Assembly (NCBI GenBank): GCA_964495875.1
Contig: CAZBWB010000002.1
Span: forward strand, 24,363-88,362
Origin: Candidatus Woesearchaeota archaeon
GTDB lineage: Archaea > Nanobdellota > Nanobdellia > Pacearchaeales > GW2011-AR1
Length of the DNA stretch: 64,000 nt
Direction of reading: 5' to 3'
In this document: one piece after another, positions 8,266 to 17,646 of the stretch
How positions within the stretch are numbered: position 1 is the first letter of the stretch
Layout: each line of letters opens with the position of its first letter
Made by a program: the position numbers and the translations under genes
The notes under the pieces: generated by a model
What the model saw: the letters and a program-made list of their open reading frames with translations, nothing else
Databases searched by the model: none
What the model was told of the DNA's origin: nothing

Positions 8266-9047
8266 TTTATCCTTTCTCCTAAATCTTTAATTGCCTGTTC
8301 AGTATAAACTATTAATCTTCCAAGCCCGCCTTTTGCTAAATCCATAACAGAAACCTCTTTTGCATTTTTAACATCAAAAGCATTTGTCTTTAATTTCTCT
8401 CTTTCTCCGATTACAAATAACATTCCGGCATTTTTCTTATATTTTCTTCCCCTTGATTTTCCCTTCCCTGCTCTTATGACTTTTTTCTTTACTGCAATAT
8501 CATACAAATTTCCAAGAATTTTTTTCAGGATTAATAATAAATCCTTAGTTTTCAAAGATAATAATTTTGTCTCAATAACCAACGGCAGTTCTTTAGCTTT
8601 ATCAATGCTCAAATATTTTCTTTTGACATATTTTTCATCAGCACTGGCACTTAAGGCAGAAATTAATGCTATTTTCATTTCTTTTTTGTTAATCTTTCCA
8701 GGTGCCATGCCTGTTATTTTTGGCGGATGTGCCCGCATTCCCCCCTTTGCCTGAGGAACTTCAGCAGCCTCCCAATTAAACTGGCTTCCTCTTCTTGACA
8801 TGACTTTTCTTGGAACTCTTGACATACCCCTTCCATAATGTGTCTGCCAGACATGCCTTCTGTGTCTCATCTTTCCTTTTGCAGAGTGTTGTTTGCCGGC
8901 CACAGGCGACGGAGCATAAGGCTGCCAGATTTTTTTAGATTCCAGAACTTTTGCAACAATGTCCTCCCTGATTGGATGAGAAAAACAATTAGGCAATTCA
9001 ATCTCCTTGCCCGCTTTCCCCTCTACAGAATATATTTTTGTTTTCAT
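8262..9047 (-). CDS. rpl4: 50S ribosomal protein L4 (uL4)
   Basis: SPVAGKQHSAKGKMRHRRHVWQTHYGRGMSRVPR typical archaeal L4. Confidence 0.9.
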   Translation of the reverse strand: MKTKIYSVEGKAGKEIELPNCFSHPIREDIVAKVLESKKIWQPYAPSPVAGKQHSAKGKMRHRRHVWQTHYGRGMSRVPRKVMSRRGSQFNWEAAEVPQAKGGMRAHPPKITGMAPGKINKKEMKIALISALSASADEKYVKRKYLSIDKAKELPLVIETKLLSLKTKDLLLILKKILGNLYDIAVKKKVIRAGKGKSRGRKYKKNAGMLFVIGEREKLKTNAFDVKNAKEVSVMDLAKGGLGRLIVYTEQAIKDLGERIK

Positions 9048-9271
9048 CTTGGTGTTATATTTTTCATATTTTTACTTAAAAGACGTTCAGCTAATTCTTC
9101 TGGATACTGTTCAGCATAATCTTGATAATCAAATATATTATTAATTAAGTCTCTCATACATGCGTCTTCACTAAACCTGTCTAATAAATCCTGTTTTAAT
9201 GATCTTTTTGGGCATCTATCAATTACATATTCTCCATTTTCAAATTTCATATAAATTATGTGTGCGTTCAT
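9044..9271 (-). CDS. hypothetical 75-aa protein inserted between L3 and L4
   Basis: 4-nt overlaps with L3 stop and L4 start; no family recognised. Confidence 0.45.
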   Translation of the reverse strand: MNAHIIYMKFENGEYVIDRCPKRSLKQDLLDRFSEDACMRDLINNIFDYQDYAEQYPEELAERLLSKNMKNITPR

Positions 9272-10215
9272 TTCAACTCCAAAATTTCATAATTTTTCTT
9301 TAATTGTTTTTTAGTTTGTCTTAAAGGAGCAGTAGCGAGCAATGCTCTTTTTGCAGACCCCTGCACACTTCCAAAAACAATAATATAATTTGTTTTCACA
9401 TCTCCGAAATTTGTCATATTCCTGAATTCTTTTTTATCTTCTGCTTTTCCCAAATCAAGTATTTTATTATTATAAACAATCCTTGTGAACATTCCTAACT
9501 GTCCTGCCAACGGAGCTCTGAATGTAACTCTTGCAGGATGCCATGGTCCTAAACTTCCGGGTTTTCTTCTTCCTTTTTCAGATTTATGTGATTTTAATGT
9601 TATTCCAAATCTTTTCACAGGTCCTTGCAAACCCTTTCCTTTTGTTAAACCTCTTATATCAATAAGTTGATTTTTTTCAAAAACATCCAGAACAGAAATT
9701 TCTTTATTCAGATTTTCCTTGACAAAATTAAGTTTTTCTTCTTTGCTACCTCTAAATCCGATTTCAGATAAATCAGGAACTTTTTTTATTCCTGCTTTTT
9801 TGGGCTGAGAATAAACAATAATTCTAACATCATCATATTCCTTAACATCTTCTATTTTTTCTTTCTTTGTCTTTGGCAGTTTCAGTTTTCTTTTTAATTC
9901 TTTATCCAGATTTTCAGCCAAAACTTCTTTAATCACTTTTCCATCTTTGTAAAATCTGACAGAAAAAATTTTCATATTCGGACATTCCAATATTGTTATG
10001 GGAATCGCCATATTTTTCCCTTTTGTCATAGAATGTTCAGTATTGTCTTTAACAATTGCAGAAGTCATTCCTGCTTTATAGCAAATAAATCCTTTAAGAT
10101 TTTTTACAGAATCAATTTTAATCGCATCCCAGTTTACACTAGGCAGAAATTTATTGACCCTTTTCCTCGGCCAAAATTGCAAACTTCCTTTTCTCGGTGA
10201 TTTTTTCGCGGGCAT
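9268..10215 (-). CDS. rpl3: 50S ribosomal protein L3 (uL3)
   Basis: PRKGSLQFWPRKR N-terminus, GKGLQGPVKRFG, first gene of the operon. Confidence 0.92.
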   Translation of the reverse strand: MPAKKSPRKGSLQFWPRKRVNKFLPSVNWDAIKIDSVKNLKGFICYKAGMTSAIVKDNTEHSMTKGKNMAIPITILECPNMKIFSVRFYKDGKVIKEVLAENLDKELKRKLKLPKTKKEKIEDVKEYDDVRIIVYSQPKKAGIKKVPDLSEIGFRGSKEEKLNFVKENLNKEISVLDVFEKNQLIDIRGLTKGKGLQGPVKRFGITLKSHKSEKGRRKPGSLGPWHPARVTFRAPLAGQLGMFTRIVYNNKILDLGKAEDKKEFRNMTNFGDVKTNYIIVFGSVQGSAKRALLATAPLRQTKKQLKKNYEILELK

Positions 10216-10235
10216 TTCTTAATATAGCGGATAAC

Positions 10236-10243
10236 ATTTTAAT
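10236..10243 (-). promoter_or_regulatory. putative TATA box of the ribosomal superoperon
   Basis: Reverse-strand ATTAAAAT centred ~24.5 nt upstream of the L3 ATG; weaker than other boxes. Confidence 0.4.
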
Positions 10244-10309
10244 CCCTGGAATGAAATAGAGAGAAAATAGAGGTTTTTAAGTGTTATGGGGGGAGTTTTT
10301 GAAAACTCA

Positions 10310-11005
10310 TTAAGCAACAAATTCCTTTTCTTCTTTCATGACATTGCCATCTATATTCGCATCTCGGATTATTTTGCCTTTTCTCTTTGCAAGCTCACGC
10401 ATTTTTGCAAAGTCTTTCTCGCTTTCTGGAAGAATTAATTCATCAATCAGAAAAACATGGTTAATTTCTGCTGTTTTAAAACCCTGCTTTTCAAAAACAA
10501 AATCCCTTGCAATTTCTGCATCAGTCGTAACAAGCTTGCAAAAATCCGGCTTAGGCGCCTCTTCCTTGTTTTTTGGCTTGGCTGACTTAGGAGCCTTTGG
10601 CTTTATTTTTAATTTGTTTTCTCCGGATTCAAAACTCAAAGCAAAAAAAGCCTTCGGCAATTTTTCAAGCAAACTTAAAATTTCATTTCCAGACATCTCT
10701 GCATCAATCATGTATCTCTTAACTCCCTGAAACTGCTTAATTTCCTTAAATTCCAGTTCTCCTTTCAAATTAGTGGTAGAAATAACTGCACCTGTAACTC
10801 TGATTTTTTCTTCTCCAAGTTTTTCAGAAACCACCCTTACAAATTCATTTGCAAACTCATAACTGGTATTGATTGTATATTTTCTTCCGGATTTTTTTGC
10901 TTTAATCAAACCCCTGTCTCTGAATTCTCCTTTGCTGAATTTCTGAAACTGCAGATGCACAGACTCATCAACATTTCCCTCAAAAACTTTTCTTATAAAA
11001 TTCAT
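10310..11005 (-). CDS. hypothetical 231-aa protein
   Basis: Long intact ORF with normal amino-acid composition; no family recognised. Confidence 0.55.
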   Translation of the reverse strand: MNFIRKVFEGNVDESVHLQFQKFSKGEFRDRGLIKAKKSGRKYTINTSYEFANEFVRVVSEKLGEEKIRVTGAVISTTNLKGELEFKEIKQFQGVKRYMIDAEMSGNEILSLLEKLPKAFFALSFESGENKLKIKPKAPKSAKPKNKEEAPKPDFCKLVTTDAEIARDFVFEKQGFKTAEINHVFLIDELILPESEKDFAKMRELAKRKGKIIRDANIDGNVMKEEKEFVA

Positions 11006-11045
11006 ATTTATCCTCGTTTCTCTTTACAAATTTTATTCACAAACC

Positions 11046-11053
11046 TTTATAAA
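11046..11053 (+). promoter_or_regulatory. TATA box (TTTATAAA), leaderless spacing
   Basis: Centre 25.5 nt upstream of ATG 11075. Confidence 0.6.
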
Positions 11054-11074
11054 TTTTAACTACTTAAGCAATAA

Positions 11075-12112
11075 ATGGAGGATGATTATATAAAAAAAAT
11101 TACCACTGTATTGATTTTAGTAGCTCTTTTAGTTTTGTCTTTCTTTCTTATCAAGCCGATTTTAATGTCTGTGATAGTGGGAGTAATTCTCGCTTTCATT
11201 TTTGCTCCAATTTATAACTGGTTGTATAAAAAAACCAAATTCAGAAATCTTCCAGCAATTATAATCTGTATATTATTATTAATACTTATTATTCTGCCAT
11301 TTTATTTTATAGCTCCTGTTGTTGTAGATCAGTCAATTAAACTTTATTCAGCTTCGCAGCAGATAGATTTTATTACACCCATAGAAAATATCTTCCCTTC
11401 TATTTTTATGTCAGACACAGTTTCAGAGGAAATTGGTTCTATGATTCATACTTTTGTAACAAATATTATTAATGCCGTAATAAATTATTTTTCAACATTA
11501 ATTCTCAACTTTCCGAATATGATGCTGCAATTAGTTGTTGTTCTTTTCACATTTTATTTTGTGCTTATGGATAAGAAAGAGTTCTTTTCTTATGTCCAGA
11601 GCCTACTGCCATTCTCAAAAGAAACTGAAAAAAAGATACTCGATTCTACAAAAAGCATTACAGTTTCTGTTATTTATGGACAGGTTATAATTGGGCTTAT
11701 TCAGGGTATTATTGCAGGACTCGGTTTCTTTATTTTTGGAGTTCCTAATGCCCTTTTATTCACTCTACTTATGTGTTTGGCAGGAATACTTCCGATTATC
11801 GGAACAGCAGTAGTTTGGGCTCCGGCAGCAATATATCTTCTCGTAAGTGGAAGCCCGCTTTCTGCATTAGGAGTAACTGTTTTTGGAGTCGTTTCATCAG
11901 TAGCAGATAATTTCTTAAGACCAATAATCGTTGCAAGGAGGTCAAAAATACATCCCGCAATTCTTTTGGTTGGAATGATTGGCGGATTGTATATGTTCGG
12001 AATTCTTGGATTTATCCTTGGTCCGCTGATTTTGGCATATCTGTTAATTCTTCTTGAATTTTATAGAGACAGAAAAATAAAAGGAATTTTAATTCAGCCT
12101 GAAACTCGATAA
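11075..12112 (+). CDS. AI-2E/PerM (UPF0118) family membrane transporter
   Basis: 345 aa, ~8 hydrophobic helices, overall pattern of the PerM family. Confidence 0.65.
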   Translation: MEDDYIKKITTVLILVALLVLSFFLIKPILMSVIVGVILAFIFAPIYNWLYKKTKFRNLPAIIICILLLILIILPFYFIAPVVVDQSIKLYSASQQIDFITPIENIFPSIFMSDTVSEEIGSMIHTFVTNIINAVINYFSTLILNFPNMMLQLVVVLFTFYFVLMDKKEFFSYVQSLLPFSKETEKKILDSTKSITVSVIYGQVIIGLIQGIIAGLGFFIFGVPNALLFTLLMCLAGILPIIGTAVVWAPAAIYLLVSGSPLSALGVTVFGVVSSVADNFLRPIIVARRSKIHPAILLVGMIGGLYMFGILGFILGPLILAYLLILLEFYRDRKIKGILIQPETR

Positions 12113-12147
12113 ATATAAAAATCAATCTCTCTAATTTATTAAAAAAG

Positions 12148-13629
12148 ATGGAATTGAAAATTAAACTTCTTGATTGGTCTGCTGGGCTTCCGGTTGCTAT
12201 GCTTGACGAAGAAACTGCAAAAAGAATGGGGGTGCATACAAAAGACCGTATTTCTATCAAAACAATTTCACGAAAACCAATGGAAATTTCAACGATAATT
12301 GATACAATCAAAAAATTCATCGGAAAAAATGAACTTGCTGTCTCTTCTGAATTGAGGGAAAGACTCGGTTTAAAATCAGGACAAAGAGTTAAAGTTAGTT
12401 TATCTCCTACTCCGAAAAGTTTAATTTATATCAAGAAAAAAATGAACAAGGAGAGACTTTCACAAAAAGAAATAAATGAAATTATCAAGGATGTAGTAAA
12501 TAATTCTTTGTCTGAGGTAGAAATCGCACTTTTTGTTTCAGCAATGTATGAGCACGAAATGGATATGAAGGAGATAGTTTATCTGACAAAGGCGATTTCA
12601 AAGACAGGAAATCAGATGAATTTCAAAAAAAAATATATCGTTGATAAACATTCTATCGGAGGAGTTCCAGGAAACAGAACAACACCGATAGTTGTTTCAA
12701 TCTGTGCTTCAGCAGGATTGACATTCCCAAAAACATCTTCAAGAGCAATCACGAGTGCGGCAGGAACAGCAGATGTCATGGAAACAATTGCCAAAGTTGA
12801 ATTTTCAACAGAAGAATTAAAAAAAATAGTCGAAAAAACAAATGCCTGCTTGGTATGGGGAGGTTCGCTTGGGATAGTGCCAGCAGATTCTAAAATAATA
12901 ATGATTGAAAGAATCCTAAAAATAGACCCAGAATCCCAGTTGCTCGCTTCCATAATGTCAAAAAAACTTGCCATGGGAAGCAAATACATTTTAATTGATA
13001 TTCCTTATGGGAAATCTGCAAAAGTCAACAAACAACAGGCTTTAAAATTAAAAAAGAAATTTGAATATCTCGGAAAAGTTTTTCACAAAAAACTTAAGGT
13101 GGTTCTCACAGAAGGAAAAGAGCCGATGGGTAACGGGGTTGGGTCTGCTCTTGAATTGATTGATGTTATAAGAGTTTTAGACCCAGCAGAAGATGGACCG
13201 AGAGATTTAGAAGAAAAATCTTTATTTTTAGCAGGAGAAATTTTAGAAATGACGGGGAGGGCAAAAAAGGGCAAAGGAAAAGAAATGGCTGGAGAAATTC
13301 TGGCCTCTGGAAAAGCTTTTGCTAAATTCAAAGAGATAATAAAAGCACAAAAAGGTTCTTTTAAAAAAATTAAACTCGCAAGATTCAGAAAAAAAATTCT
13401 TTCATCAAAATCAGGCGTTGTTGCAGAAATAGATAATAAAAAAATAAACTCATTAGCAAGAGTTGCTGGATGTCCTGTGGATAAATTTGCAGGACTTTAT
13501 ATTTATGTTTCTGTAAGAGATAAAATCAAAAAAGGAGGAAAAATTTTAACAATTTATTCAGAATCAAAATCAAGACTTAAAGAAGCAATTAATTTTTATA
13601 AATCCAATAATCCGATAAAATTGAGATAA
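12148..13629 (+). CDS. deoA: AMP phosphorylase (archaeal thymidine-phosphorylase family, DeoA type)
   Basis: 493 aa; N-terminal extra domain MELKIKLLDWSAGLPVAMLDEETAKRMGVHTKDRISIK, then DKHSIGGVPGNRTT and SSRAITSAAGTAD motifs. Confidence 0.8.
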   Translation: MELKIKLLDWSAGLPVAMLDEETAKRMGVHTKDRISIKTISRKPMEISTIIDTIKKFIGKNELAVSSELRERLGLKSGQRVKVSLSPTPKSLIYIKKKMNKERLSQKEINEIIKDVVNNSLSEVEIALFVSAMYEHEMDMKEIVYLTKAISKTGNQMNFKKKYIVDKHSIGGVPGNRTTPIVVSICASAGLTFPKTSSRAITSAAGTADVMETIAKVEFSTEELKKIVEKTNACLVWGGSLGIVPADSKIIMIERILKIDPESQLLASIMSKKLAMGSKYILIDIPYGKSAKVNKQQALKLKKKFEYLGKVFHKKLKVVLTEGKEPMGNGVGSALELIDVIRVLDPAEDGPRDLEEKSLFLAGEILEMTGRAKKGKGKEMAGEILASGKAFAKFKEIIKAQKGSFKKIKLARFRKKILSSKSGVVAEIDNKKINSLARVAGCPVDKFAGLYIYVSVRDKIKKGGKILTIYSESKSRLKEAINFYKSNNPIKLR

Positions 13630-13670
13630 TTCACAATTATCTTTTTAAAGTTTTATTTTCTTTTTTTGGC

Positions 13671-13940
13671 ATGCCAGAAGATTATATAAGAAATTTAGTT
13701 GATTATTTTAAGAAAAATCTGAAAAAAGGTTATACTCCAAATGCACTCAAAGTCGCACTAATTAAGCAGGGTTATTCAAGAATTTCTGTTGAACAAGCCC
13801 TGAAAAAAGCAACTGCTGAACTTGCAGAAAAAGCTCCTGTATTAAAGGAAAAACCAGTCATAAAATATGAAATTATTGATGAAAAGGATAATCCTGTTAC
13901 TATAAAAAAATCCTGGTGGAAAAGGATGTTTGGATTCTAA
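13671..13940 (+). CDS. hypothetical 89-aa protein
   Basis: ORF only. Confidence 0.4.
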   Translation: MPEDYIRNLVDYFKKNLKKGYTPNALKVALIKQGYSRISVEQALKKATAELAEKAPVLKEKPVIKYEIIDEKDNPVTIKKSWWKRMFGF

Positions 13941-13946
13941 CAAAAC

Positions 13947-13954
13947 CTTTAAAT
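13947..13954 (+). promoter_or_regulatory. putative TATA box for tRNA-Ser
   Basis: CTTTAAAT centred ~28 nt upstream of tRNA position +1. Confidence 0.45.
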
Positions 13955-13978
13955 TCCTTCTTTTATTCGAAATATTGA

Positions 13979-14058
13979 GCCTCCGACGCATAATGGTAGT
14001 GCACCTGCCTTGAGAGCAGGGCCCTTTGGGCAACCAGGTTCGATTCCTGGCGGGGGCG
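13979..14058 (+). tRNA. tRNA-Ser (anticodon UGA), class II, no encoded CCA
   Basis: Hand-folded. Acceptor GCCTCCG/CGGGGGC (one G-U). D arm GCAT-AATGGTA-GTGC. Anticodon arm CCTGC-CTTGAGA-GCAGG. 13-nt variable arm GCCCTTTGGGCAA. T arm CCAGG-TTCGATT-CCTGG. Discriminator G. Confidence 0.85.
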
Positions 14059-14064
14059 TTCTTT

Positions 14065-14886
14065 ATGGTAAAAAAAGATTTTGCAATAGTATATTTGGTT
14101 GCAGGAATTTCAAGCAGATTTGGAGGAAAGATTAAGCAATTTGCTAAAGTAGGTCCGAATGGAGAAACTTTAATAGAATATTCTTTAACACAATCTATTC
14201 CAGCTGGTTTTTCCAAGATAATCTTTGTTGTCGGAAATAAAACTGAACAGCCTTTCAAAGAAAAATTTGGGAACAGTTATAATACAATACCGATTTATTA
14301 TGCATTACAATCATATGATGAAAAAGCAAGAGACAGACCTTGGGGAACTGCAGATACATTATATTCTGCAAAACATTTACTGGATTGCCCGTTTGTTGTA
14401 TGCAACGGAGACGACCTTTATGGAGCAGAGACATTCAAAATTTTAATAAATCATCTTAAAAATAATGATTCAGGAGCAAGCATAGGATATAGATTAAGTA
14501 AAGTTATTCCTGAAAAAGGAACGACTAATAGGGGTATTTTTAAAAAAGATTCAGACAATAATGTAAAAGAGATTAAAGAAATATTTGATATAACAAAAGA
14601 TAATCTTTGGGAAAAAGGATTAAAAGAAGATGACCTATGCAGTATGAATATTTTTGCTTTGCATCCAGAAACAGTTAAATTATTAGAACCTGTGATAGAA
14701 TCATTTAAGGAAAAACACAAACATGACAGAAGAATAGAGTGTCTCATTCCTGAAGAAATTTCAAATTTAATAAAAGCAGGGAAATTGAATATGAAACTTT
14801 ATGACACACCGGAATCTTGGGTAGGAATTACAAATCCCGAAGATGAAGAGATTGTTCGGGAGAGGCTTTCTGAAACTTCCAATTAG
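14065..14886 (+). CDS. sugar-phosphate nucleotidyltransferase
   Basis: N-terminal VYLVAGISSRFGG (LxxGxGxR-type NTP-transferase loop); ORF start trimmed because 14026..14064 overlaps the tRNA. Confidence 0.7.
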   Translation: MVKKDFAIVYLVAGISSRFGGKIKQFAKVGPNGETLIEYSLTQSIPAGFSKIIFVVGNKTEQPFKEKFGNSYNTIPIYYALQSYDEKARDRPWGTADTLYSAKHLLDCPFVVCNGDDLYGAETFKILINHLKNNDSGASIGYRLSKVIPEKGTTNRGIFKKDSDNNVKEIKEIFDITKDNLWEKGLKEDDLCSMNIFALHPETVKLLEPVIESFKEKHKHDRRIECLIPEEISNLIKAGKLNMKLYDTPESWVGITNPEDEEIVRERLSETSN

Positions 14887-14918
14887 AAAAATGACCTGTC
14901 TGCTAAAAATTAATAATC

Positions 14919-15215
14919 TTAACCAAATAACGCAGACAAGCCTTCTGCCGCAGCTTCTTTCTTTTCTTCTGGGGGTGTCTCTGCTTTCTTTTCTTTAGCA
15001 CCAGATTCGCCAGCTCCGCTAACAGGAGCAGCAGCAACCAAACTGGCACTTGCTAATTCTTTGTCAATGTCAACACCTTTCAAACTGGCAATTAAAGATT
15101 TGATTTTTGATTCATCAATCTCTGCACCAGCAGCTGAAACTACAGCTTTCAAATTCTCTTCATTGATTTCTTTTCCAAGTTTGTGCAGCAAAAGTGCCGC
15201 ATATAAATTTTCCAT
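14919..15215 (-). CDS. rpl12: 50S ribosomal stalk protein P1 (archaeal L12)
   Basis: [22 protein letters not shown]... and canonical C-terminus EGLSALFG. Confidence 0.9.
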   Translation of the reverse strand: MENLYAALLLHKLGKEINEENLKAVVSAAGAEIDESKIKSLIASLKGVDIDKELASASLVAAAPVSGAGESGAKEKKAETPPEEKKEAAAEGLSALFG

Positions 15216-16165
15216 TATTTTTCTCCTTCAGATTTATTTTCTTGTTGAGTATTCTGAGCCGCCACCTCCCCAGCCACCACCCCTTCATTATCAGTTAATC
15301 CACTATTTTCCTGTGATGCTTGGTTATTAGGTTCTTCTTCATTTTCATTACCTTCCTCCTGCATTTTTTCATTAATATTTTCAATACCTGCGTCAGCAGC
15401 AAACTTCTCTAAAGCTTTAGCATTTTTTTCTGCTTTTTGAAGTAAAAATCCAATCGTATCTTTGCAGACATAACCAATCTCAACTGCGAATGGCAATGCC
15501 TGTCCAAATGCTGTTTTGAGTTCTTCAATTGTTTTTTCTTTATCAATATTAATCTCAGTATATAATTTATTATCTTGAGAATCAAAAGCAGCCAGAGGAA
15601 CAAAGCCGATTAAAAAAGGTTTTATGTCAAGTTTATTCATCACATCTGCTGCACTTGCTGAAATTTTTTCACCCTTTTTTGTTATTATCTTTGATTGCTT
15701 TATAGTTATTTTTCCTTTGTCAATTTGAATCTGAATTCCCAATGCTCCAAGTTCACTTATTGCAGGACCGGGCATTAAATCAGTAGGACCTGCAGGAATC
15801 TCTATATCTTCTGTGGCTTCTTGTCCTGGTTTTGCTTTAACAGGGCTTTTATTCTCCACTAATTCTACTGCAAGTTCAAAAGCCTCTATGTCAGAAAAAA
15901 GAACAGCAATATCGCTTTTGATTTTTTCTTTTAGTTTTTTTACAACTTCATTTCCTGAATTATCCATGGCTCTGAAAATTAAATTTTTCTTTGGCACTCT
16001 TATAATTGCTTTGCCTCTGAGTTTTTTGCTGATTTCCTGAAACTGGGATGCAGGAATATTTTTTATAGATGCAATTAAAATTGTTTTCTTGTTTTTTATT
16101 AAATTCATAAGCTCCTCTACAATTTTTTTCTTTTCAGATGAGACTTTTGTTTTTTCTTCTGGCAT
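15215..16165 (-). CDS. rpl10: 50S ribosomal stalk protein P0 (uL10)
   Basis: Length, position between L1 and P1, N-terminal L10 domain; C-terminus atypical (see findings). Confidence 0.85.
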   Translation of the reverse strand: MPEEKTKVSSEKKKIVEELMNLIKNKKTILIASIKNIPASQFQEISKKLRGKAIIRVPKKNLIFRAMDNSGNEVVKKLKEKIKSDIAVLFSDIEAFELAVELVENKSPVKAKPGQEATEDIEIPAGPTDLMPGPAISELGALGIQIQIDKGKITIKQSKIITKKGEKISASAADVMNKLDIKPFLIGFVPLAAFDSQDNKLYTEINIDKEKTIEELKTAFGQALPFAVEIGYVCKDTIGFLLQKAEKNAKALEKFAADAGIENINEKMQEEGNENEEEPNNQASQENSGLTDNEGVVAGEVAAQNTQQENKSEGEK

Positions 16166-16166
16166 T

Positions 16167-16793
16167 TTATATTTTTATCTTCTGAGGTTTAGTCATAGTA
16201 AATTTAATTTCAATATTCTTGATATTTTCTTTGTTTCTCGGCAATTCTTTAACAATTACATTATAAACTGCCAGGATATTTTCAATGATTTCTTCATCTT
16301 TCATGCTCTGCTTGCCGATAGGAAGTTTTATGCTCGCCTCTTTTGCCCTTATCTTTACACAATTATTTATCTTGTTTTTCAAATCTTCAATCTCCTTATC
16401 ATTGACATTCATTAAAATTCCTAATTGTGGAGAGGGCATTTTACCAACAGGTCCCAAAACTTTACCAAAAGTTGTAGCAACAACAGGCATTAATTTTGCC
16501 TCTGCAATAAAAAAATCAAATTTTTTAACCAGTTTTTTTAATTCATTTTTATCAGAATATTTTTTGAATTCATCTTTTGTGATTGTCTCAATATTTTTTT
16601 TCTTACTTTCCATGAAGCCACATATTTTCTTATCTTTAATTTTAAAAGGAATAGGAATAATTAAGTTGAACGAATGCTTTTTTACATCAAATTTTTGCAG
16701 GTTTATAATTAAGTCTAAGGTTTGGTCAAACTTTCTTTCTTTTCCTTTTCTTAACTCAGATAGAGCTTTTTGCAGTTGTTCTTTTAGTTCCAT
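16167..16793 (-). CDS. rpl1: 50S ribosomal protein L1 (uL1)
   Basis: FDQTLDLIINL...GKVLGPVGKMPSP typical L1. Confidence 0.9.
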   Translation of the reverse strand: MELKEQLQKALSELRKGKERKFDQTLDLIINLQKFDVKKHSFNLIIPIPFKIKDKKICGFMESKKKNIETITKDEFKKYSDKNELKKLVKKFDFFIAEAKLMPVVATTFGKVLGPVGKMPSPQLGILMNVNDKEIEDLKNKINNCVKIRAKEASIKLPIGKQSMKDEEIIENILAVYNVIVKELPRNKENIKNIEIKFTMTKPQKIKI

Positions 16794-16805
16794 TCTAATT
16801 ACCTT

Positions 16806-16851
16806 CTACATTACGCATCAAGAACATAGAAAATATTTCCTGATGATGTAG
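16806..16851 (-). promoter_or_regulatory. interrupted hairpin in the L1-P0-P1 leader
   Basis: CTACAT/ATGTAG (6 bp) and CATCA/TGATG (5 bp) separated by a 4-nt asymmetric bulge; 13-58 nt upstream of the L1 ATG. Confidence 0.4.
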
Positions 16852-16934
16852 TTCTACGGTAAGATCTTGAAATATCTTGGGTTTATAAATCTTATCACAA
16901 TAATTCTTAAAAAGTGAAATAGTTCTTTCTTAAT

Positions 16935-17294
16935 ATGGAACTCGTGGCATTATTATCTTCTGGAAAAGGGACATGGGCGCAGGTGGCAGGATTAATGAAA
17001 CACGGAGACTGGGAAAAAATTATTCTTTTGGGAGACGAATTCTCTTCACAGTTCAAGATTCTTAACAAAGCAGACATAACAGAATTTATTAAATTAGATT
17101 TAAATAAAAAATTAAAGGATTTGAGAGACGAGTTTTCGAAAAAACTCAAGGGAAAAATTAATGGAACAGAAGTCGCATTAAGTATTGCTTCTGGAGACGG
17201 CAAACAGCACATGGCTCTTATTTCTGCCCTGATTAATCTCCCTGTCGGAATAAGATTTGCTGCATTAACAAGGGAAGGTGTTGTGGATTTGTAA
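16935..17294 (+). CDS. hypothetical 119-aa protein
   Basis: ORF only. Confidence 0.45.
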   Translation: MELVALLSSGKGTWAQVAGLMKHGDWEKIILLGDEFSSQFKILNKADITEFIKLDLNKKLKDLRDEFSKKLKGKINGTEVALSIASGDGKQHMALISALINLPVGIRFAALTREGVVDL

Positions 17295-17295
17295 A

Positions 17296-17646
17296 ATGAA
17301 GTACGTAGATAAATTAAATATCTCTCAAAATGAATTTGGAATCAATATTGAAATAAAATTAATAGATGGATGGAGAGATGTAGCTAAAGAATTTCCTACA
17401 GAAAGAATTGAACAGATATTAGAATCGCCCGTAAAATTAGCAGAGAGATATTTAGAAGATCATATTGGACTTAGAACAGAAAAAGAATATGGGCTAACTG
17501 GAATCTCTTTACCAAACAGAAAAGGATTAGATCTTTTCCCATCTCAGAATTCATATATAAGCCATAATATTACTTCAACCCAAGAATTTTTTGCAATTTT
17601 AACTGTTATTTCTGATTATTTGGGATTATTAGATTACATCAAATAA
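17296..17646 (+). CDS. hypothetical 116-aa protein
   Basis: ORF; start set to ATG 1 nt after the upstream stop. Confidence 0.45.
   Translation: MKYVDKLNISQNEFGINIEIKLIDGWRDVAKEFPTERIEQILESPVKLAERYLEDHIGLRTEKEYGLTGISLPNRKGLDLFPSQNSYISHNITSTQEFFAILTVISDYLGLLDYIK

Noticed and set aside
14026-14064. N-terminal 13 codons of ORF 14026..14886
   Set aside because: This stretch is the T arm and acceptor of tRNA-Ser, read from a TTG. The real start is ATG 14065, which begins the nucleotide-binding loop.
13941-14064. tRNA-Ser as an integration site of a mobile element
   Set aside because: There is no integrase, no direct repeat of the tRNA 3' end and no compositional shift nearby. The flanking genes are ordinary housekeeping genes.
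13842-14258. 138-aa minus-strand ORF covering tRNA-Ser
   Set aside because: It overlaps a tRNA and two well-supported plus-strand genes, and no family is recognised.
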